A stretch of DNA of 64,000 nucleotides from an uncultured bacterium (lineage in GTDB: Bacteria; SAR324; NAC60-12): positions 1 through 64,000 of the forward strand of contig CBFIJD010000007.1 in the NCBI GenBank assembly GCA_965662845.1, given 5' to 3'. Position 1 is the first letter of the stretch. Each line of letters begins with the position of its first letter. Positions 18,466 to 26,497 of this stretch are shown here, one piece after another. A program made the translations under genes and the position numbers. A model generated the notes under the pieces. That model was given only the letters and a program-made list of their open reading frames with translations, was not told where the DNA came from and ran no database searches.

Positions 18466-19382
18466 ACCTGCCCCTGAAACTCGGCCTGCTCTCTTGCGCT
18501 CTCCTCTTGAGTTGGGGATCTCTCAGCAGCTTCGCCACCCCTTTACCCAGAGAGCAACAATACCTTGCGCTTGTTGGCGCGCAGCCCAGCGCCTCTAGTC
18601 AGTTCCTGCAAGATTTGTCAGAAATTTGGCGCATGCCTGGCGTGAGTGACGGCTCAACCTTGCAACCTGTGACGGTGCCGACCGGCAAAGAGCGGCTGGA
18701 GCGTATGCGCAACCGGCGGGGGCATTTGGCCATTCTCAGCGGGGAAGATGCTCATCTCTTGTTGCCGAAAGCGCCTCAACTACGCGTTGTGACAGTGCTC
18801 TGGCCGAACGTTTTGCATTTGATTGGCCGCAGCCAGAAGGTCGCGGCGCTGCCGGCGGCTTCTTCTCAAACGCTCCGTGCGCCTCTGGGGGCTTTCGAGG
18901 TGGTGAGGGCCTGGGATGCTCAATCGCCTCGACCGATGTTGCAAGAGACCACTTGGTTTCAACCTAACCAGACCCTCACCGCCCTAGAAGACTTTCGAGA
19001 AGACGTGTTCTTGTTTTGGGGGGGATATCCCCTACGCGAGTTGCGCAAGTTATTGCAATTTCCTGAATTTCAACTCTTGAGCGCGGAGCCGAACCTCCAG
19101 CGGGCGTGGCGTGAGCAGCTACCTTGGACGCGCACCCTCACGCTGCCGCCCAACACCTATCCCCAGACTCCAGAGCTGGAACTCCTCGCAGCCTTTCCCG
19201 TGTTGGTCGCTCACGAAACAGTCCCCGATGCTTTGGTGCGGTCACTGATCCGAGAAATCTTCGACCACGCCCAGTCTTCCAATCCACGCGCGATGTTCCG
19301 CAACATGTCGCCCCAGCACAACGCGCTCTTCCGGCGCGACCTCCCCTATCACCCTGCAGCGCGCCGTGCCTTCCGCTTCTGA
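18462..19382 (+). CDS. Divergent TAXI-family TRAP solute-binding protein
   Basis: Signal peptide; LPPNTYP, VLVAHETVPDALV and PYHPAA resemble the TAXI C-terminus. Confidence 0.6.
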   Translation: MNLPLKLGLLSCALLLSWGSLSSFATPLPREQQYLALVGAQPSASSQFLQDLSEIWRMPGVSDGSTLQPVTVPTGKERLERMRNRRGHLAILSGEDAHLLLPKAPQLRVVTVLWPNVLHLIGRSQKVAALPAASSQTLRAPLGAFEVVRAWDAQSPRPMLQETTWFQPNQTLTALEDFREDVFLFWGGYPLRELRKLLQFPEFQLLSAEPNLQRAWREQLPWTRTLTLPPNTYPQTPELELLAAFPVLVAHETVPDALVRSLIREIFDHAQSSNPRAMFRNMSPQHNALFRRDLPYHPAARRAFRF

Positions 19383-19383
19383 A

Positions 19384-20364
19384 ATGAACGAACCTGTCTT
19401 CCGGCACACGTCGGTGCTTCTCCGTGAAGTGCTGGAGGCCGCCCCAACTCAGCCGCGACGCCTGTTAGATTGCACGTTAGGGGGAGCCGGACACGCACGC
19501 GCGTTGCTGGAGCACTTTCCCAACGCTCACCTGCACGGCATTGACCGTGACGCGGTGGCCGTTACCGCCGCAACCCACCGCTTGGCGAGCTTCCAAGAGC
19601 GCTGCACCTTAGAACAGGCTTCTTTTGCAGACTTGCGTGGTTTGCTCTCGGATTGGAACCTCTCATTTGACTTTGTGCTCGCCGATATCGGCATGTCGTC
19701 AGAGCAGTTAGCTGACGCCGAGCGCGGCTTCTCGTTTTTGCTGGATGGCCCGTTAGACATGCGCATGGATCCTTCCTCCCCGCTGCCCAACGCCGCGCAC
19801 ATCGTGAATCAATGGAGTGAGTTCGACCTGCGTCGGCTGCTCCAAGTCTATGGCGAAGAGCGCTTTGCTCCCCAAATTGCGCGGGCGATAGGGCAACGTC
19901 GAGAAAAACAAGCCTTCTCACGGACGCTGGAGTTGGCAGAGTTCGTGGAACAAATCATTCCACGACGCTTTCACAAACCCCATTTTCATCCTGCGACCTT
20001 AACATTTCAGGCACTCCGCATTGAGGTCAACCAAGAGCTGGCACAGTTGGAAGCGCTGCTGCGGGAAGTCCCCGCGTATCTCAACCCTGCGGGACACCTC
20101 GCCATCATCTCGTTTCATTCGCTAGAAGATCGTCTCGTCAAGCAGACGTTCCGGCGGTGGGAGTCTCCTTGCACTTGTCCTCCTGATATGCCGCATTGTG
20201 TCTGTGGAAACCAGCCGCTCGGACGCTCGCTACAGCGCAAACCGATCACCGCCACAGAAGCAGAAATTCGTGAGAACCCTCGCAGTCGCAGCGCCCGATT
20301 GCGTGTGTTTGTGCGTAACGATCAACCTTGGAACGCGAACATCGGAGTGGGGAAGCATGGCTAA
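19384..20364 (+). CDS. rsmH: 16S rRNA m4C1402 methyltransferase
   Basis: HTSVLL, DCTLGGAGH, RGFSF..DGPLDMRM, FQALRIEVN, SFHSLEDR, NPRSRSARLR. Confidence 0.95.
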   Translation: MNEPVFRHTSVLLREVLEAAPTQPRRLLDCTLGGAGHARALLEHFPNAHLHGIDRDAVAVTAATHRLASFQERCTLEQASFADLRGLLSDWNLSFDFVLADIGMSSEQLADAERGFSFLLDGPLDMRMDPSSPLPNAAHIVNQWSEFDLRRLLQVYGEERFAPQIARAIGQRREKQAFSRTLELAEFVEQIIPRRFHKPHFHPATLTFQALRIEVNQELAQLEALLREVPAYLNPAGHLAIISFHSLEDRLVKQTFRRWESPCTCPPDMPHCVCGNQPLGRSLQRKPITATEAEIRENPRSRSARLRVFVRNDQPWNANIGVGKHG

Positions 20365-20656
20365 GGCACGCAAGGAAGAGCGCATTGACGTACTCGTGCA
20401 AGACATGGCGAGGAATCCGCACCAGTGGAGGATGGATAGCTTTCGTCTTATGCACCGCAACGGCGTCAAAATCTGGATTGGCAACGGGCTCTTCGGCTAT
20501 CACGTAGAAAAACCACATTACTACGAACCCAACTTGCGCGAGAAATGGCGACTGCACAAAGCGATCAAGGCTTTACAAGAGCACATTGATCTCTACAAAA
20601 CAGGAAAGCAGTCCAAACGCAAAAAGAAGAGCAAGAGAGGCGACGCAGAAGCCTGA
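20357..20656 (+). CDS. Hypothetical protein with basic C-terminus (99 aa)
   Basis: ATG 20357 overlaps the rsmH end; coding-like composition; not FtsL (no TM helix). Confidence 0.65.
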   Translation: MAKARKEERIDVLVQDMARNPHQWRMDSFRLMHRNGVKIWIGNGLFGYHVEKPHYYEPNLREKWRLHKAIKALQEHIDLYKTGKQSKRKKKSKRGDAEA

Positions 20657-20685
20657 CTCGGAGGCCCTAAACCTTGCAGAAAGCC

Positions 20686-21030
20686 TCACGCAAACTGCAC
20701 CCACTCTTCAAACAGCTCTACATCTTCATAAGAACAAGCGCCGGGCTCGTCGGATTCCGACTGAAACCGAAAAATCACCATCGGTCCCCAAAAGCTTCGA
20801 CCTGCGAGCTGCCATTCCGTTTGCCGCTCTTGCCATTCCCCTTCTCCGTCCACATAGCCCATAAACGGCTCTGCTAACTCCACGACCTCTGTCGCATCGC
20901 ATCGCAGCAGCTCACAGAGGGTGTCAAGGTCTAACTCAGCTTCGATCAATTCGACGAGATCCTCATCAGGATCCACGTAAATCCAGTCGCCGCGATAGCT
21001 GGGCGAGCGAGGCACATCTTCGGGTTCCAT
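20686..21030 (-). CDS. Very acidic hypothetical protein, possibly DUF3846-like
   Basis: LDTLCELL...EVVEL...YVDGEG...GPMVI pattern; RBS GGAG. Confidence 0.65.
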   Translation of the reverse strand: MEPEDVPRSPSYRGDWIYVDPDEDLVELIEAELDLDTLCELLRCDATEVVELAEPFMGYVDGEGEWQERQTEWQLAGRSFWGPMVIFRFQSESDEPGACSYEDVELFEEWVQFA

Positions 21031-21066
21031 GAGGACTCCAACGAGAGGAAAAAAACGGGGAGAGGG

Positions 21067-24000
21067 TTATGGAGTGGGGACAATGCGCAAGCGGCTGTTG
21101 CCGCTGTCGTGCTTTTGCACTTGAATTTGGGTTGTCAAGCGCTCTTTTAGCGCCTCGACATGCGAGATAATTCCGATGGTCTTGCCGTCTGCTTGTAAGG
21201 TTTCCAGCGCGGAGAGCGCCGTATCCAGCGTTTCTGTGTCCAAAGTGCCAAAGCCCTCATCAATGAACAGCGTCTCAATCGGGTGGTTTCTGCGCGCTAA
21301 GTCAGAGAGACCTAAGGCCAGAGCGAGGCTCACCAAAAACGTTTCTCCTCCAGACAAGCTCTCCAACGAACGGATCGTGTCTGCTTGGTAGCGATCGAGA
21401 ATCTCCATCTCCACCACCGCGTCTTCTTTTTTGCGCAGACGATAGCGGTCGGTCAGCCGACGCAGATGCTGATTCGCCAGCTGAATCAGGTGCCGCAAGG
21501 TCAGGCTCTGCGCAAAGCGTGAAAACTTCGTTCCATCGGCCGAGCCGATCAAATCTGCGACGCTGCTCCAGCGCCGGACTTCCTGTTGTTGCTGTTGCAC
21601 TTCTTCTGTGAGCGCCTGCTGGCTCTGCCGCATCGCCTCGTCTTGCGTGAGCTGCTGTCGGAGGCTGCCCACGCGCTCGTCCAGCTCACTTTGACGCCCG
21701 CGCACTTCCGCTACTTTGGCTTGCAGCCCTTCTTCGGGCTCTGTGGTGAGTTGTTGTTCCCGCAGCGCCATTTGCTGCATTTGGATGTTTCCTAAAGCAT
21801 GCCGTGTGTTCGAGAGCGCTCTCTGCAACGCTTCGGATTGCTGCCGCAATGTCTGCGCCTCGTGCTCGTTCAGATAGTGTGACTCAGCCTCTTCGTAGGA
21901 GGCGTACCCCAATGCCCGCAAAGAGAGAGACACGTTCATCCGTAGATCGGCATATTCTTGTTGCCAGCGACGATGCTCGTCTTGGAGCCACCGCAGCCGT
22001 TGCTGGACTTGTCCATGTTCGGCCAGCACGTTCTCACGACGCTGACGGGCCGTTTCATAGTGCGCTTGCAGGCGTTGTTTTTGTTGCCGCAGCTCGGCTT
22101 CTAGTTGCACCGGGTCGTCATGCTCTAAGATCTGTCGACGTTCGGTTTGCAAGGCGACAACGGCAGCTTGCTGCTGGGCGAGCTCTGCTTGCAGTTGCTG
22201 CAGCGCTTCTTGGGACTGCTTGGCTTGGGACTCATGATATTGGAGCAGCGCGCGGTGCTGCGATTGGCGCTGCCACGCTTGGTCACGTTGTTGAGCCCGT
22301 TCGCGAAACTCGTGGTGCAAGGACTGTAAGGTCTCTAAGGCAGACGACAAGTCGAGGAGTTCTTCCCCGACGTGATAGTGCTGTAATTTTTCGCGCAGCT
22401 CATCGTGGAGCGCCGCTGCTTGATCACGATGTTCATCGCGTTGTCGCTGGCATTTGGACTGTTCTTGGGACTGTTGGCGCAAGCGTTCTTGTAGCGTGGC
22501 AGACTGGGTTTGCAATTCTTGCAGCTGTTTGCGGATGTTGTCGAGCTCCTGTTGTGCCTGCTCACGTGTTTGAAAAAGTTCATTTGCTTGCTGGAGTAAG
22601 GTCTCCAACTCTGCGTACTCGGCAAGACGCTTCTTGTGGAAAGCCTCTAGAACTTCAGCCTGATCAATTCGACACGAAAACCCTTCGGCCAATTCGGCAA
22701 ACTCGGTTTGGTACTGTTGTTCTTGCTCGCTGAGCTCTGCTTCTCGCTGTTGAAGTTGCTCGCGTTGAGACTGTAGGCGGGTTTCTGCGTGGGCGTGTTG
22801 GTTTTGCTCTGCTTCCATGGCCGCGCAACGCGCTTGTAGCTGATCTACCAGGGTTGAGTCAGCTTGTTGTGGCTGCGCAATTTTCAGCACATAAGGGTGC
22901 TCTAACGAGCCACAGAGTGGGCACGGGGCTCCTGGGTGCAGCTCTCTGCGTGCCTCTTCATAGTTCTGAATCAAACGGGCTTGGTCTAGGATCCGTTGTT
23001 TGTCGTGCAGGCGTTCTCGCGTTTGCTCCAGCTGCGACTGCAAAGACTCGATCTGCTGCTTGTGACGCTCCAGTGCGACCTCGTTCTGTTTGCGATCACG
23101 CTGATTCTCTAGCAGTTTTTGGCGAGTGGCCTGGTGCTGCGTGGTGAGCTGCTGCAAACGCTCAATGCGATGCAGCATACGCATCAGCTCTGTTTGGCGC
23201 TGTTGGCAGTCTCCCAAAGAGCGCTCTCCTAACAAATCTTTTTCGCGTTGCTGCTGTTGGGAGTTCTGCTGCTGTCGTTGGAACAGCTCCTCTGCCTGAT
23301 CGGCGTGTTGACGCTGTGCCTCGTGCAGCTGTCTGTCGGTGCGCTGTAGCTCCTGTGCTAGGTCGGCCAAGCGGGCGTCAAGTTCACGAATCTGCTGTTG
23401 ATGGGATCGCCACACCTGACAGCGTTCTTGCAATTGGGGCAACTTCTCATCGAGTTGCTGGTGGGCTTCTCGGTTTTGCAGCCATTGTTCGTGCTGTTGG
23501 TGCTGGGCTTCGGCGTGTTGCAGGTTGGCTTGTTCTTGCGCGATCAACTCTTGTTGCGAGGCTAGCTCTTGTTGCCGCCGCTGGACATCCTGCTGACGCT
23601 GCGCGACTTGTTCGCGTTTGGGTTGCAGCCGCACGTCTAATTCTTGGGCTTTGCGAATCTGAGGTTCGAGCCGTTGCATTTGTTCAGAGTTGGCTGTCAG
23701 CGCGGCTTCGGCTTCTCGAAATGCTTTTCCAGAAGCGGTCAAGAGAGCTTGTTGCAGCGCGAGTTGGTTCTGCAACGTGCGTCGCTCGTGCTCGCGTTGT
23801 TCGGCAGTGGACTCCAGTTTTTGCAGTTTTTTCCACTCGGGGCGCAACGGCACTAGGAGGTTGTGCCGGTCCAAGCGCTGCTGTTGCTCGTGAAAGTTCT
23901 GCACGGCACCTTCGGCCGCTTCATAGGCGTTTTTGTGCTCCACACACTCTTGGGCGACTTTTGCGCACTGTTTCAGCCAATCCAGTTGTGCTTGCAGCGT

Positions 24001-24714
24001 TTCGGCTTGCTTTAGCAAAAGAGGACGTTGCTGTTGCTGCTCTGCCAGTTGCCGCTCCAGCTCTTTGCGTTGCTCTGGTGGTAAGAGTGGGATGGCTCCG
24101 AGCTTGTCTTGTAGCTGCTGGAGTTTGTGTTCTTCGGCTTGTCGACACTGATAGGCGAACTGCCCCAACTCCGAGTAAATGTGTAGCCCAGTGAGTTCTT
24201 CAAGCAGCTCCCCACGCTCTCGTTCTGAAGCTCGCAAGAACGCGGCGAACTCGCCTTGCGGCAAAATCACAGAGCGCTGAAATTGCTCTAAATTGAGCCC
24301 AGTGAGCTCCTCGACTTTTCTTGGGACTTCGCTATTTCTCAGGTCTAGCGTGGTTCCCTGATCCAAGTTTTGCAGCTCGTGCCGCGGGGGCTGTAGGCGC
24401 CCTTCTGCTTTTCCACGGGCTCGTCGCAAGTTCCAGCGCGCGCGATAGCGGCCTTGCTCGACGGCGAAGTCGAGTTCAACCAAAGTCTCCCCCGTGTGAC
24501 GAGTCATGAGGTCATTCGGTGTGCTGCTGCCATAGCGGGGCACACGACCGTAAAGGGCCACAATCATCGCGTCTAACAGCGAGCTTTTTCCTCCGCCGGT
24601 GGGGCCTGTGATCGCGAACAGCCCTGCGCTCTGTAGAGGCTCGGCATCAAATTGCAGCGTCCATTGATTGCGGAGGGCGTGCACATTTTGTAAGTGCAAC
24701 CGGAGGATTCTCAT
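21067..24714 (-). CDS. sbcC: Exonuclease SbcCD subunit C (Rad50-like)
   Basis: Walker A GPTGGGKS, long Q-rich coiled coil, Zn hook CPLC, LSGGE, LFIDEGFGTLD; start MRILRL overlaps the sbcD stop. Confidence 0.95.
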   Translation of the reverse strand: MRILRLHLQNVHALRNQWTLQFDAEPLQSAGLFAITGPTGGGKSSLLDAMIVALYGRVPRYGSSTPNDLMTRHTGETLVELDFAVEQGRYRARWNLRRARGKAEGRLQPPRHELQNLDQGTTLDLRNSEVPRKVEELTGLNLEQFQRSVILPQGEFAAFLRASERERGELLEELTGLHIYSELGQFAYQCRQAEEHKLQQLQDKLGAIPLLPPEQRKELERQLAEQQQQRPLLLKQAETLQAQLDWLKQCAKVAQECVEHKNAYEAAEGAVQNFHEQQQRLDRHNLLVPLRPEWKKLQKLESTAEQREHERRTLQNQLALQQALLTASGKAFREAEAALTANSEQMQRLEPQIRKAQELDVRLQPKREQVAQRQQDVQRRQQELASQQELIAQEQANLQHAEAQHQQHEQWLQNREAHQQLDEKLPQLQERCQVWRSHQQQIRELDARLADLAQELQRTDRQLHEAQRQHADQAEELFQRQQQNSQQQQREKDLLGERSLGDCQQRQTELMRMLHRIERLQQLTTQHQATRQKLLENQRDRKQNEVALERHKQQIESLQSQLEQTRERLHDKQRILDQARLIQNYEEARRELHPGAPCPLCGSLEHPYVLKIAQPQQADSTLVDQLQARCAAMEAEQNQHAHAETRLQSQREQLQQREAELSEQEQQYQTEFAELAEGFSCRIDQAEVLEAFHKKRLAEYAELETLLQQANELFQTREQAQQELDNIRKQLQELQTQSATLQERLRQQSQEQSKCQRQRDEHRDQAAALHDELREKLQHYHVGEELLDLSSALETLQSLHHEFRERAQQRDQAWQRQSQHRALLQYHESQAKQSQEALQQLQAELAQQQAAVVALQTERRQILEHDDPVQLEAELRQQKQRLQAHYETARQRRENVLAEHGQVQQRLRWLQDEHRRWQQEYADLRMNVSLSLRALGYASYEEAESHYLNEHEAQTLRQQSEALQRALSNTRHALGNIQMQQMALREQQLTTEPEEGLQAKVAEVRGRQSELDERVGSLRQQLTQDEAMRQSQQALTEEVQQQQQEVRRWSSVADLIGSADGTKFSRFAQSLTLRHLIQLANQHLRRLTDRYRLRKKEDAVVEMEILDRYQADTIRSLESLSGGETFLVSLALALGLSDLARRNHPIETLFIDEGFGTLDTETLDTALSALETLQADGKTIGIISHVEALKERLTTQIQVQKHDSGNSRLRIVPTP

Positions 24715-25934
24715 CGGGTGCTCTCCTCTTGAAAGCGATCTAGCATCTCGCGAAAGATCGCTTCGCGAGTGAGGATTTCGGCGTCGGGGAGATGCTCGGC
24801 GGCGCAGACTTCTCGAAAGACGTCCGTCGGCTGCAACTCGTCCAGATTTTGCGTAGGCGCTTGTTCTTCCCAATGCTTGGTGGCTTGGGTGTATTCCACG
24901 CGCACTTGCAACAGACGCAGGTCGTCGCGCTGGTTCGCGGCTTCTTGCACTTGCTGGTCGACGTGCGGCTGCGGGTAGTCGAGTTCTACGCGCACCTCCA
25001 CCCAGTCCTCAAATCCGGAGTCGGTTCCTTGATGCAAGTGTAACTTCGCGCAGACTTCTTCGAGGGTGCCGCGCAGCCGCGTCAATCTTCGGGGGGCTTG
25101 CAGTGGGACTTCTTCCACGCGTTGCAGTTGGCCTTGCTCGACATGCAGCAACAGCGCGACTTTTTGGTCGTCGCGCTCACTAAAACTCAACGGCAGCGGC
25201 GACCCGGAATAGCGGATGTGTTCGGTTCCTCCGACGCGTTGGGGACGATGCAAGTGGCCTAACGCGACATAGTCAAACAATGCTGGGAAGTCAGAGGCTG
25301 GGAAGCGCTCTTGGAGCCCGAGGTGGATTTCTTTCTCGGAATCGGTCGACTCGGTGTTAGCTGCGAAGAGGTGACCTGTGGCGCCGACAAACTGTCCTCG
25401 TGCTTTCCACGGTTTGGCAAGCTCGGCCAACCTGGCGTAGTGCGCGCGGATGCCTTCTCGCAAGCGGTGCTGGCGATCGGTATGGCCTTCGCCGGCAACG
25501 GCAGAGCGCAAATCGGAGTCTCGCAGAAACGGAACTGCACAGATCAAGGCTTCTTCGCCGTGACGATCTTTCAGTTGGATAAGTTGTTGTTGAGGATCGG
25601 CAGGCGCGCCGCCAATGACGTGAATCTGTAGGGCTTCCAACAGGAGCTGGGGCGCTTGCAAGGTGGAGATGGAGTCATGATTGCCACCCACGAGGATCGC
25701 CTGCTGACAATTCGTCTCGGTGGTCAAGCGATATAGAAAGCGATAGTACTGACTCAGGGCAGAGTTGGGCGGGTTCGCGGAGTCGAAAATGTCACCGGCG
25801 TGCAGCAGGCAGTCCACTTCGTTCTCAGAGATCAAACGGAGCAAGTGCTCCAAAAAGAATTCGTGCTCTGCATGGCGGTCTAAATTGCAGAGTTTCTGGC
25901 CTAGGTGCCAGTCGGAGGTGTGGAGGATGCGCAT
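24711..25934 (-). CDS. sbcD: Exonuclease SbcCD subunit D (Mre11-like)
   Basis: HTSDWHLG, AGDIFD, GNHD, YVALGHLH, YSGSP. Confidence 0.96.
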   Translation of the reverse strand: MRILHTSDWHLGQKLCNLDRHAEHEFFLEHLLRLISENEVDCLLHAGDIFDSANPPNSALSQYYRFLYRLTTETNCQQAILVGGNHDSISTLQAPQLLLEALQIHVIGGAPADPQQQLIQLKDRHGEEALICAVPFLRDSDLRSAVAGEGHTDRQHRLREGIRAHYARLAELAKPWKARGQFVGATGHLFAANTESTDSEKEIHLGLQERFPASDFPALFDYVALGHLHRPQRVGGTEHIRYSGSPLPLSFSERDDQKVALLLHVEQGQLQRVEEVPLQAPRRLTRLRGTLEEVCAKLHLHQGTDSGFEDWVEVRVELDYPQPHVDQQVQEAANQRDDLRLLQVRVEYTQATKHWEEQAPTQNLDELQPTDVFREVCAAEHLPDAEILTREAIFREMLDRFQEESTR

Positions 25935-26039
25935 GAGGCCTCGCCAAAGAGTACGACCGCGCTCAGGAGCCGCGAAGAGAAAACAAAGCTCAACACGTTC
26001 TTACGGGCGCCCCAAACAATCAAGTAACAGGAGACAATT

Positions 26040-26495
26040 TTGTCAGATTCTTTGACTCACGTAGAAATTCACACGGATGGGGCTTGTTCTCCGAACCCTG
26101 GCAACGGGGGCTGGGCTGCGGTTCTGCTAATGGGGGAACACCGCCGCGAAATCTCAGGAGCCGAGGCCAACACCACCAACAACCGCATGGAGTTGATCGC
26201 GGCCATCCGTGCGCTCCAAGCGCTGAAGCGCCCTTGCCAAGTCACCCTGTACACTGACTCCCAGTATCTCAAAAACGCGTTCACACAAAAGTGGCTGGAG
26301 AACTGGCAACGCAATGGATGGCGCACAAAAGGCGGTAAGGGGAAGGTGCTCAACCAAGATTTGTGGCAGGAGCTGCTGCTGCTCACGGCAACGCACCACG
26401 TCGAGTGGAAGTGGGTAAAAGGGCACGCAGGGCACCCTGAAAACGAACGCTGCGACGAACTTGCCGTCGCCGCTCGGAAAACGTTGGTCGAGTGA
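26040..26495 (+). CDS. rnhA: Ribonuclease HI
   Basis: [41 protein letters not shown] start with AGGAG RBS. Confidence 0.96.
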   Translation: MSDSLTHVEIHTDGACSPNPGNGGWAAVLLMGEHRREISGAEANTTNNRMELIAAIRALQALKRPCQVTLYTDSQYLKNAFTQKWLENWQRNGWRTKGGKGKVLNQDLWQELLLLTATHHVEWKWVKGHAGHPENERCDELAVAARKTLVE

Positions 26496-26497
26496 TG

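Noticed and set aside
21067..25934. SMC-like ATPase plus nuclease as a novel defence system (Wadjet/Lamassu-like)
   Set aside because: Canonical SbcD phosphoesterase motifs and SbcC zinc hook; ordinary repair genes in a core-genome context
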